Assembly (NCBI GenBank): GCA_963977445.1
Contig: CAXBPH010000029.1
Span: 1 to 38,925, forward strand
Length of the DNA stretch: 38,925 bases
DNA from: an uncultured bacterium
GTDB lineage: Bacteria; Hydrogenedentota; Hydrogenedentia; Hydrogenedentales; JAEUWI01
Reading direction: 5' to 3'
Positions 30,174 through 38,925 of this stretch are shown here, piece by piece; position 1 is the stretch's first letter; each line of letters begins with the position of its first letter. Under the pieces are notes generated by a model. That model made no database searches. It was not told the DNA's origin and saw nothing but the letters and a program-made list of their open reading frames with translations. Position numbers and translations under genes: made by a program.

Positions 30174-30713
30174 ACGTTATGCCGTATCCAGACAGGCAGT
30201 GAATCGGAGGGGTGCAGCGTGCAAGCGTTTTGTCTCCAACAGGTTGCGTGAACCGGCGTGTGCGTCTCTGGTCACGCTCAGGCCGTCCCGTGCTTTTGGT
30301 TTCTCCATGGGGCCAGCGCGCTCGTGTCCGCGACAATGGGGGTGGTTGGAAAGAGGAAACCGGGTAGGCTGCTCACCGCCCTCCCCGGTCTCTTTCATGC
30401 CAGATACACTGCGGGCAGAAACGTGATCCACGGTGAGTCCGATGCGGTTATCGGCCACGACGGGAACTACGATGGTCGTCCTCAGGGGAGAAGTGATAAA
30501 AAGGTGATTGCCTACGCCATTGCCTTCGGGATAAAGGACCCGAAGACTGCCAGGTGTTTCGGCGGCGATGAATGGAGTGCCCGTAGCCGCAAATCGAATA
30601 TCATTGTCACACCCGTCGCTCTTGGTCAACATGACGTCCGTATCAGCTATTGCCAGTCAGTACCAAGAGCCGGGATTCTCCCCCGACTGGCCCCAGAATA
30701 GACAGGGTGAATC

Positions 30714-31199
30714 TTACGCTTCCCGATGCTGATTCCGCTTTCGGTGTGCCTGTTCCTCTGCGTCCCACGGGAATTGACCATCTTCCAGGGCAGCGGTCAG
30801 GACCGTTTTCTGGTCGGCAAAGGGGGTCTTTACCGCCACATAGACTTCGCGGGTATGACGGAATGTATAGGACAGGCCGCCTGCGGCCAGCAAAAGAATC
30901 ATGGCCACGGCAAATCGTGGGACCCTCCCGGGAATGCGCAATTTGGGAAGTTGGTACCGGATGACCTGTTCCAGGGGATCGATTGTGGCCATCTCACGGC
31001 GAAGTGCTTCAAACGACAGGGGTTTCCCGCTATAGGTGAGGGCGATGTCGGCCCGAAGCAGCAGGGCATGCACGGCTTCACATTCTGCGGCGCAAACGTC
31101 GCAGTCGCTGAGATGTTGTTTCACTTCTTCGGCGCGCCGTGGGCCCAAATCACCATCGATCAGGGCGGAAACATCACGGCGTATAGGTCGACAATCCAT
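30714..31199 (-). CDS. Zinc-binding (zf-HC2/ZAS) membrane anti-sigma factor
   Basis: MDC...HLSDCDVC (HxxxCxxC); TM helix FAVAMILLLAAGGLSYTF; follows the ECF sigma gene; start 31199 or 31205. Confidence 0.85.
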   Translation of the reverse strand: MDCRPIRRDVSALIDGDLGPRRAEEVKQHLSDCDVCAAECEAVHALLLRADIALTYSGKPLSFEALRREMATIDPLEQVIRYQLPKLRIPGRVPRFAVAMILLLAAGGLSYTFRHTREVYVAVKTPFADQKTVLTAALEDGQFPWDAEEQAHRKRNQHREA

Positions 31200-31311
31200 G
31201 AGCATCAAGCTCCTCTTTCCGGTGTATTGAAGCGATGTGCGGGCCCTGACCACCGGGGCCCGTTGCATGTTCTGCTACATCCGGACAAAAATTGGGTACT
31301 ACCTGTATTCT

Positions 31312-31920
31312 TCAACGTAAGGAATAGTCCTTACTGTCCTCAAGGTCTAATAGTGCTGCCAACAGATGACGTAGTTTCTTTACCGCCAGAATTTTGCGGG
31401 AGCGGACCGTATTGACGGGACAATCCAGGATGCTGGCGATATCTTCGAGTGAAAGGCCCTCGATGGAGCGGAGTACGAAAACCAGGCGTTGTTCTTCCGG
31501 CAACTGCGCCAGGGCGTCATGGATATGGCCGTGGAGCTCCGAGCGGCTCGCCTGGAAGACCGGGCAACCCGAGTCATGGGCCACCAGCCCAGCCAATCCC
31601 TCTTCGCCCTGACGGATGCCCAATCGCCATGTCTTCTGTTCACGGCGACAGGATTCCAGCCAGATCATGCGGGCGATGCCAAACAGGTAGGCCGGAAAGG
31701 AGCCCGACGCCTGATAGCGCTGCCGAATTTTCCAGACCCGCAGGAAGGTTTCCTGTCCTAAGTCTCTGGCAATGGTGTTGTTACGAGAGAGGCCATAGAA
31801 AAATCCCAACACCCCCTGTTGATATCGCTCAAAAAGCACGGCGAAGGCAGACTCGTCCCCTCCGCGCACCCGCATCATGAGCGCGATATCATCCATTGGC
31901 GTAGGTTTATCCATGGGCAT
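31312..31920 (-). CDS. ECF RNA polymerase sigma factor
   Basis: GDESAFAVLFERY, DLGQETFLRVW, LPEEQRLVFVLR, EGLSLEDIASILDCPVNTVRSR. Confidence 0.95.
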   Translation of the reverse strand: MPMDKPTPMDDIALMMRVRGGDESAFAVLFERYQQGVLGFFYGLSRNNTIARDLGQETFLRVWKIRQRYQASGSFPAYLFGIARMIWLESCRREQKTWRLGIRQGEEGLAGLVAHDSGCPVFQASRSELHGHIHDALAQLPEEQRLVFVLRSIEGLSLEDIASILDCPVNTVRSRKILAVKKLRHLLAALLDLEDSKDYSLR

Positions 31921-32183
31921 TGTCCCTTACTATGGATACTATGGCGGTAAATGGGAGAAATGATCAATAGATATTTTTTCTCACCTTTTGTGCATCTTGG
32001 ATCCATGGGCCAAACCTGCAAGGGCGCGTTGGTTGCAAAGGGAAATGGGTGCCGTCCCCTTTTTCCGGCCCGCCCGCGGAATGTTTTCTGTGGCGGTTCC
32101 GGGGCACTTCATGGCACTATGGGGTATACATGTGCACAGGTTGTATCGAGGCGGTCGCGAAGACCGTGAGTGGGAGGTTCGGG

Positions 32184-34586
32184 GTGCAGTTGAATGTGTC
32201 ACCAGATATTGCCGAGGTCCTGGAAAAGGCGGCGGCGATCAGTGCGAATCAGGGAAACTATTTTGTGGGGGTGAATCACGTCTTTGCGGCGTTGTTGGAA
32301 TTTCCGGAAAAACTCCCCGAGAGCATGCGCGAAAAGCAGATGAGTAATTTCTTTGCGGTGCAGCGGGAAACCAACCGCAAGATATGGAAAGGCACGGCGG
32401 CCGTGCCTTCGGGGGAAATTTTCTACACGCCCCGCTGTATCCAGATTACGACTCAGGCGGCCAAGCTTGCCCAACGGATTGGTCACGGCGCGCCTGTTGC
32501 CGGTCACCTCCTCCTGGCCATTCTTAAAGATGATGTTTCCGCGCCGGCCCGCGCCATGGATGGGTTGAACCTTGACCGCCTGGCGTGTTCCAAACAATTG
32601 CAGGCGGAACTGGGCTACATTGCGCCCCAGTCTCACCACAAGGTGACGCCCCTGCCGGCCTACTCCGATTTGCAGCTCCAAAATATTCCGGCCGCAAAGG
32701 GGGCACCTGCCCCGTCCGAACCAACAGGCTCCACTGCACCCCAGCCCAAAGAATCCATCATTCCGCTGCCCGGTCAGTCGGGGCCCATGACCCGGGATTT
32801 GATGGAAGAAGCGCGGCGGGGGAATCTGCACGCCGCCACGGGTCGTGACGATGAGATGTTTGAGATCCTTCAGATTCTCAGCCGTCAGACTAAGAACAAC
32901 GTCATGCTGGTGGGGGAGGCGGGCGTGGGGAAGACGCAGGTTGTGGAAGGGCTGGCGTTTCAATTGGCCAAGGAAGGCAAAGAGCTTGGCTTGCCGGACT
33001 TTCGAATTCTCGAGTTGAATGTGGCATCCCTTATGACGGGCACCCAGTATCGGGGCGCCTTTGAAGAAAAAGTCCTGGCCCTCATTGAACAGGTGAAGCG
33101 TTCCAAGAATGCGGTGCTCTTCATCGATGAGGTCCATCTAATCATGGGGGCCGGAAAATCCGATGGGGACGGGATGGATCTGGCCAACCTCCTCAAGCCC
33201 GAGTTGGCCCGGGGGGAGTTTCGCTGTATCGGTGCCACGACGCTGCAGGAATATCGAAAATTTGTGGAACGAGACGCGGCGATTGAGCGGCGCTTCCAGA
33301 TGGTTCGCGTGGAGGAGCTGTCCGTCGGTGCGACCCTGGAAGTGTTGAAACGATTGCGTCTGACCCTGGAAAAGCACCACCAGGTCCATATTCACCGGCG
33401 CACCTTACAGGCGGCCATTGACCTTACCGTGCGCTATATGCCCAACCGAAATCTGCCGGACAAGGCCATTGACGTGCTGGATCAGGCCTGTGCCCGTCAT
33501 CGGCTCCGCGCCTTGATGATGCGGAAGCGGGATGACAATTTTGACAGTGACCCGGAGGCGACCCGCACCGGCAGTGTGACACCCCACGCGGTGCGCAAGG
33601 TGGTGAGCCAGGTTACGGCCATCCCCCTGGAGCAATTGACGGTGGAGGAGCGGAAGTATCTCGGTAATCTGGATCAGGTTATTAAGAAACAGCTCATCGG
33701 ACAGGATGAGGCGGTCTCCCGCGCAGTTTCGGCGGTAAAAAAATCCCGGGCAGGCTTGTCCGACCCGAACCGACCCGATTCGATCTTGTTGTTTCTCGGG
33801 CCGACCGGCGTGGGCAAGACCCAACTGGCAAAACTGCTGGCCCGCCATCTTTTCGGTTCGTCCAGTCATCTCCTCTCCTTCGATATGTCGGAATACAGCG
33901 AAGAGCACTCTGTGTCCAAGCTTATCGGCGCCCCGGCGGGCTATATCGGCCATGAAGAAGAGGGCGTGTTGACGGGGGCGGTGAAGAACGCGCCCTTTTC
34001 CATCCTGCTCTTCGACGAGATTGAGAAAGCCCACAGTCGTATCTTCGATTTGTTTCTACCCATCTTCGACGAGGGCCGCCTGCGTGATGCCCGGGGGCGG
34101 GAAGTGAACTTCAAGAACTGTATTATCATCATCACATCCAATATCGGCTCGGAGTTGCTTTATGGTGCCGACAACACGGTGAGCCAGAGTGCGCTGGTAG
34201 ATGCCCTGCGCGACCACTTTCGTCCGGAGTTTGTGAATCGGCTGGACCAGATCGTCCCCTTTTATCCCCTGCTGGCGGAGGACATACGCCAGATACTTCG
34301 ACTCGAAGTAAACGCATTGCGCCATCGACTACATGAGCAAAATATTGGGATTCGCATGTATCAACGGGCCTATGAATTTGTCGCGACTGAGGGATACAGC
34401 CCCCAATTTGGCGCGCGGGAATTGCGGCGCGCCGTAGACCGTTTGATTGCTTCTCCCATCGGTGATCGCATGATTGATGGGGAGTTTGAAGCAGGCGATA
34501 TGATCGATGTATTGCTCGACGACGACGGTGCCCTCATCTTTCGCAAAGGCAAGCCGTCGGAGAGTGGTGTGAGGAAAGTCCTATGA
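32184..34586 (+). CDS. Clp/Hsp100 AAA+ ATPase with two nucleotide-binding domains (atypical)
   Basis: Clp N-domain; Walker A GEAGVGKT and GPTGVGKT; Walker B FIDEVH and FDEIEKAH; pore loops YRG and GYIG; GGGAGG RBS before GTG 32184. Confidence 0.93.
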   Translation: MQLNVSPDIAEVLEKAAAISANQGNYFVGVNHVFAALLEFPEKLPESMREKQMSNFFAVQRETNRKIWKGTAAVPSGEIFYTPRCIQITTQAAKLAQRIGHGAPVAGHLLLAILKDDVSAPARAMDGLNLDRLACSKQLQAELGYIAPQSHHKVTPLPAYSDLQLQNIPAAKGAPAPSEPTGSTAPQPKESIIPLPGQSGPMTRDLMEEARRGNLHAATGRDDEMFEILQILSRQTKNNVMLVGEAGVGKTQVVEGLAFQLAKEGKELGLPDFRILELNVASLMTGTQYRGAFEEKVLALIEQVKRSKNAVLFIDEVHLIMGAGKSDGDGMDLANLLKPELARGEFRCIGATTLQEYRKFVERDAAIERRFQMVRVEELSVGATLEVLKRLRLTLEKHHQVHIHRRTLQAAIDLTVRYMPNRNLPDKAIDVLDQACARHRLRALMMRKRDDNFDSDPEATRTGSVTPHAVRKVVSQVTAIPLEQLTVEERKYLGNLDQVIKKQLIGQDEAVSRAVSAVKKSRAGLSDPNRPDSILLFLGPTGVGKTQLAKLLARHLFGSSSHLLSFDMSEYSEEHSVSKLIGAPAGYIGHEEEGVLTGAVKNAPFSILLFDEIEKAHSRIFDLFLPIFDEGRLRDARGREVNFKNCIIIITSNIGSELLYGADNTVSQSALVDALRDHFRPEFVNRLDQIVPFYPLLAEDIRQILRLEVNALRHRLHEQNIGIRMYQRAYEFVATEGYSPQFGARELRRAVDRLIASPIGDRMIDGEFEAGDMIDVLLDDDGALIFRKGKPSESGVRKVL

Positions 34587-35170
34587 GCGCGCCGGACATG
34601 TTGGAAGTCATTAATGGCCCGGAAGATGGCACCGAGTTTCCCATCAGTCGCGCCCCCGTTATTGTGGGAATGGATTTGGGCTGCGATGTAAATATCCGGC
34701 TGGACGAAGCCATAGAGCTCTTCCACGCGCGCCTGACAGTTGTCTCGGATGGATACCGCGTTCGTAAAATTCGCGGCGGCCGACTCAGCGTCAATGGCAA
34801 GCGCGCCGGTGTGTTGCGGTCGCGGATTCTCCGTGAGGGGGAAATCCTGGAAGTAGGCAACACGGAATTCTATTTGCGCTGTGCCCCCGACGGTCTTGCC
34901 CGCCGGAGCCGGGGCATCCCGTCTGAGAGCGATGCATTCTGGATGCTGCAGACCGGTATCAAGCGTGGTCTCGGCCTGCTTCGCACCGCGACGAGTCGCC
35001 CACATACTGCATTCGGTCGACTGGCACGATTCTTAGGGATATTATTTGTCGGGTCCATGGTCGTTGGCTTTTTTTGGCCTAACGCATTTTATTGGACCCG
35101 CTATTTTATGTCCTACTGGTCGCGATTCATCATGGAGCAGATTGGTATCATGACGGGCGGCCCCTTTTAA
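34583..35170 (+). CDS. FHA-like domain protein with C-terminal TM helix
   Basis: LEVINGPEDGTEFPI...HARL...VNG...LREGEILEVG FHA pattern; TM FLGILFVGSMVVGFFW; ATGA overlap with the Clp gene. Confidence 0.8.
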   Translation: MSAPDMLEVINGPEDGTEFPISRAPVIVGMDLGCDVNIRLDEAIELFHARLTVVSDGYRVRKIRGGRLSVNGKRAGVLRSRILREGEILEVGNTEFYLRCAPDGLARRSRGIPSESDAFWMLQTGIKRGLGLLRTATSRPHTAFGRLARFLGILFVGSMVVGFFWPNAFYWTRYFMSYWSRFIMEQIGIMTGGPF

Positions 35171-35604
35171 TCGACGCTATGGGGCTCGGCCTAGCTTAAG
35201 GTTCATGGGCAATCAGTGGGGAAGATTTAGTCGATATTTCATGTGCCGGAGCTAAAAGGATGACTCGATGGGTTCTTGCGAACCATGTCGTCACGCACCT
35301 TTTTGCAGATAAAACGATAAACAATGGACGTGCCGCGCGATCTGGTACTCCAGTTCGTGCGAAGGAGCTTTGGGACTTCGTTGGGGTCTGTGTAGTTGTG
35401 GGAAGTCTTCAAGAGATCATGGGGAACAGGGCCTTGTGCCTGGCCGTGATGTAGAGACGTAGCCATAGCTCCCAATCCGCGCACGAATCCTCCTGCGGCG
35501 CATCTTCGACCGGAATACCGGAGCGTGCGGCACGATTGGTGGGTTTAGTTTGTTTTGGCGGCGTGAGTCTTTGTTGGCACCCATTTATTGCCCATGAACT
35601 TTAC

Positions 35605-37161
35605 TTATCGCGTTTTTGGCTTGGGCGGGAAGGCCTGACCGGGTTTTCTGTCGACGGGATCGACGCTCATCCGTTCCCAGTTAATCTCCCGGGTGATCTT
35701 CGTTCCCTGCGGTTGTGACGCACGTAATTCGAGGTAATTTCGGAAGAGGACGCGCGAGGCCAACTCATCAGACAGGGCGAGGCCATTCAGCTTTTCACCG
35801 GGTATGGCCGCCGTCGTATAGTGCTCTTTCGTCAGCATATCGATATAGGCCTGCAACTGGGTGGGGGCCCAGTCGTCGGGCCGTCCCTTGATCATGACGA
35901 GGTCAGAAGCAAACATGAATCGGGTGGGATATTTATTAAATATACGTTGAAATTTCTTTGGGAACTTGGAGATATAGCGCAGCCGATCTTTCATGAAGTA
36001 GTCACCAAAACTCACATCGGTGTATAGATTGGGGAAGGTGTCGAGCAATTCTTCCAGGCGAAAGATCTGTACCGAAGACAAAATGAAATGGGGGGCGATG
36101 ACCTTCATGTCGGGAAATTGGGTCAGAACGGCAACGAACTCCTCGGCAAAACCAATCTTGTCCTTGTAGGGGTTTACATGGAGGGCCAGGGGGACTCCAT
36201 TTTCTTCGCACCAGGCGTAGAAGGGCATCATGTCGGGGTCATCCATGGCAGCCGTATGGAACATGTAGGTATGGTTCTTGGCGACGTAGCCGTGACCGAT
36301 GTAGAGTTTGACCCCCGTGGCACCGCGTGCAACCAGGCCCTGTATCTTGCTGAGCTTGTCGGGGTCGGTGGGGCTCAGGGTGGGCCATGCTTCGAAGCGC
36401 CCGGGATAGGCCTCGATGATTTTGATGAGCTCTTCGTTGTTCTCGTCGTATTGGGTGAAGCCAAAGGATTCATTGAGGGTCAGGGTAAATTTAGAGCTGC
36501 CCATGAGGCACACTTTCTGAATGCCCAGGGCGTCCATGGCGGCCAGAAACTTGGGTGCCTCTTCCAGGGATTCTATGTGTTCATGGACATCGATAATCAT
36601 GCGTTGGGCCTGCATGGCTGCCAGGCTCATGGGGCCGGGGTCGCCCCAATCGACCGAGGAAGCTGCCGCCACCACCGATTCCGGGGCGGAGGTGTTACTA
36701 TCTGCCCCGTCGGTGGACTCGTGGATTCCTTCATCAACGCTGGTCGCCACTTCACCGTCGTCTTCCGTTTGCGGCATATCGGTGTTGCTCGCGCGCCCGA
36801 TAAAGAAAACGACGATAAACCCAACGGCGATGCTGACACCAATGATAGTTTGAAGGATCCATGGAGATCCTTCTACAGGGGGGACGACCTTGGGAGCCGG
36901 TTTGGGTGCGGGCTTGGCTTCGGGGAGGGGGGGATCTTCCTGAGGGGGTGCGGTAGCGGTCGGTGGGCTTGGGACGTGATCTTTCGGCAGGAGCGCATCT
37001 TTCAGCGAGGGCGCCTCACCGTAGGTATCACGGGGTAAGGGACGTTCCTGAGGGGCATCATCGTCGCGCGGTCGGGGTTTTTCCGGCATAAGCGCGTCTT
37101 TGAGGGTGGGTTCCTGCTTTTTCTGGTCTTCGTCGTCGTATGGATCGTGGTCTGAATGCAT
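35605..37161 (-). CDS. Membrane-anchored metal-dependent amidohydrolase (Amidohydro_2-like)
   Basis: IIDVHEH, GVKLY, LHV, APHF, FASD; acidic Pro-rich N-terminus and one TM helix; ATG 37161 chosen because -10-like hexamers lie just upstream. Confidence 0.82.
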   Translation of the reverse strand: MHSDHDPYDDEDQKKQEPTLKDALMPEKPRPRDDDAPQERPLPRDTYGEAPSLKDALLPKDHVPSPPTATAPPQEDPPLPEAKPAPKPAPKVVPPVEGSPWILQTIIGVSIAVGFIVVFFIGRASNTDMPQTEDDGEVATSVDEGIHESTDGADSNTSAPESVVAAASSVDWGDPGPMSLAAMQAQRMIIDVHEHIESLEEAPKFLAAMDALGIQKVCLMGSSKFTLTLNESFGFTQYDENNEELIKIIEAYPGRFEAWPTLSPTDPDKLSKIQGLVARGATGVKLYIGHGYVAKNHTYMFHTAAMDDPDMMPFYAWCEENGVPLALHVNPYKDKIGFAEEFVAVLTQFPDMKVIAPHFILSSVQIFRLEELLDTFPNLYTDVSFGDYFMKDRLRYISKFPKKFQRIFNKYPTRFMFASDLVMIKGRPDDWAPTQLQAYIDMLTKEHYTTAAIPGEKLNGLALSDELASRVLFRNYLELRASQPQGTKITREINWERMSVDPVDRKPGQAFPPKPKTR

Positions 37162-37415
37162 GCCGTCGTGCCCTATGAAGTTTATGGTTGTTCTGAGGGC
37201 TGTAGTATAGGGAAAAGGGTCCCGATTATACAGTCCACCGGTGGTAATTCTGCCCACGTCAGAATCGGTGTTTTCCCTATCGGGATCGCCATGGGACTCG
37301 CGAGAAAATTCGTGGTGTCGCTTTTGACTGTCCGTATGCATAGACCGTATGATCATCAACTTGGCTTTTCCTTTTTTTGCCGCTCCAACCGACCACTATT
37401 CAGAAAGTAATTTTC

Positions 37416-38696
37416 ATGAAACTCCTTGTAGAAGGTGCCCCGCTCCGTGGTTCCGTCGAGATACCCGGTTCCAAGTCGCACAGCATCCGTGCCGTTGCTA
37501 TTGCGTCCCTTGCCCCCGGGGAAAGCGTTATACGCCAGCCCCTGGATTCGGCCGATGCCCGTGCCGCCTTTCGGGCCTACAAGGCCTTTGGGGCGACGAT
37601 TGAGGACGAGGGCGATATCTGGCGCGTGCAGGGTACCGGTGGCGATTTGAAGATTCCCGACAACGTCATCGACGTGGGGAACTCGGGTACCACCATGCGG
37701 ATTGCCCTGGCCAGTGCCGCCCTCATTCCAGAGGGTATGGTGGTCCTTACCGGTGACAAACAGGTATGCAGCCGTCCCTGTGGCCCCCTGGCCCACTCCT
37801 TGAATGACCTGGGCGCACGGGTGCGCTCTACCCGTGCCAACGGGAATCCGCCCTTTGTGGTTGAAGGGCAACTGCGCGGTGGTCACACGTCCATCGAGGC
37901 CGTGACCAGTCAGTATGTAAGTGCTCTCTTGATCAACGCCCCCCTGGCGGAATTGGATACCCATATGGTGGTGCCGCTGCTCAATGAGCGGCCCTATGTG
38001 GGCATTACCCTCGACTGGTTGTCCCGTCAGGGAATCCGGATTGATGCGGCCGATGACTGGAGCGAATTCCACATTCCCGGTGGCCAGACCTACACCCCGG
38101 TTGACCGACGGATCCCGGGTGATTTCTCCTCGGCCACCTTCTTCCTGGCCGCGGGTGCCCTCCAGGACAACGAAATTTTCTCGTCGGGCCTCGACATGGA
38201 AGACACCCAGGGCGATAAAGCCGTGGTGGACTATCTCAAGGCCATGGGTGCGGAAGTCCGCATCGAGGATGGTGGGATACACGTTCGGGCGAAGTCGCTG
38301 GTCGGTTGTGAGATCGATTTGAATGCCACGCCCGATGCCCTGCCCATGATGGCCGTTCTGGGCTGTTTCGCCAAAGGCACGACCCGATTGGTCAATGTGC
38401 CCCAGGCCCGTCTCAAGGAGACCGATCGCATTGCCGTCATGTGTGAGGAATTGACCAAGATGGGTGCGAAAATAACGGAGCTGCCAGACGGTTTGGTCAT
38501 TGAAGAAAGCGCCCTGCAACCCGCCGTGGTGGAAGGGCATGATGATCACCGTGTGGTTATGTCGCTGGCTATCGCCGGAGCCATGCTGCCCGGCACGACG
38601 ACCATCAATGGCTACGAAGCGGTTAACATTACCTTTCCAGACTTCCAGAAGGCCCTGCTGGCCCTCGGTGGTAAGGCCCGCCTGATCGAAGATTGA
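37416..38696 (+). CDS. aroA: 3-phosphoshikimate 1-carboxyvinyltransferase (EPSP synthase)
   Basis: PGSKS, GNSGTTMR, SQYVSALL, PGDFSSA, RLKETDRI, DDHRVVM. Confidence 0.97.
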   Translation: MKLLVEGAPLRGSVEIPGSKSHSIRAVAIASLAPGESVIRQPLDSADARAAFRAYKAFGATIEDEGDIWRVQGTGGDLKIPDNVIDVGNSGTTMRIALASAALIPEGMVVLTGDKQVCSRPCGPLAHSLNDLGARVRSTRANGNPPFVVEGQLRGGHTSIEAVTSQYVSALLINAPLAELDTHMVVPLLNERPYVGITLDWLSRQGIRIDAADDWSEFHIPGGQTYTPVDRRIPGDFSSATFFLAAGALQDNEIFSSGLDMEDTQGDKAVVDYLKAMGAEVRIEDGGIHVRAKSLVGCEIDLNATPDALPMMAVLGCFAKGTTRLVNVPQARLKETDRIAVMCEELTKMGAKITELPDGLVIEESALQPAVVEGHDDHRVVMSLAIAGAMLPGTTTINGYEAVNITFPDFQKALLALGGKARLIED

Positions 38697-38925
38697 CCAT
38701 GCCCGTAGGCATCCACGGTATCGCGGGGTGACCTTGGTTCTGGACCCTTTGCCGCGTGCTGGGGTCTGGATCGAGCATCCCTTGCTATGCATAGTCGATG
38801 GTGTAGTATGGATACACGGCGATTAGGCCAAATAAGCGAAGAATAATATCGGAGATTTTTCCAGTCATTCGGTTTCCAGCTTCCAGACTTGGAGCTTGGG
38901 AGCGCAGGCGGCTCGCCTGCATTAC

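Noticed and set aside
32043..32064. AAATGGGTGCCGTCCCCTTTT loosely resembling the reverse complement of a stretch near 6154-6174
   Set aside because: Too short and too divergent to call a repeat
32184..35170. Type VI secretion locus (ClpV plus FHA)
   Set aside because: No sheath, Hcp, VgrG, baseplate or membrane-complex genes in the window
35171..35604. Small ORFs or an RNA gene between the convergent FHA and amidohydrolase genes
   Set aside because: No tRNA cloverleaf, repeat array or convincing coding signal

Overview
GC-rich bacterial chromosomal window made mostly of housekeeping genes. No rRNA, tRNA, CRISPR array, transposase or phage genes were recognised. Left to right: a TetR-autoregulated RND efflux operon (-); a LysR regulator divergent from purM-purL(PurS-fused)-purQ; a small membrane protein; RNase D; a membrane PAS protein with a degenerate HisKA domain and no ATPase domain; PPi-type phosphofructokinase; a + strand envelope cluster (PI-PLC/GDPD-like phosphodiesterase, SurE, LamG-like protein, AlgI-type MBOAT, a double-AlgX/AlgJ protein, SIMPL-like protein); a sensorless histidine kinase; serA-icd (-); an ECF sigma/ZAS anti-sigma pair divergent from an atypical Clp/Hsp100 ATPase coupled to a membrane FHA protein; a membrane-anchored amidohydrolase; and aroA. 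Best novelty candidates: (1) the Clp ATPase lacking both the M-domain and the ClpP-docking loop, paired with a degenerate FHA protein and no T6SS genes in the window; (2) the O-acetylation module in which two proteins share an unrecognised ~100-aa domain; (3) LysR-type control of purine genes; (4) the pseudo-kinase and the sensorless kinase. All calls come from reading motifs by eye, no searches were run, and several starts were moved to better RBS-supported codons.
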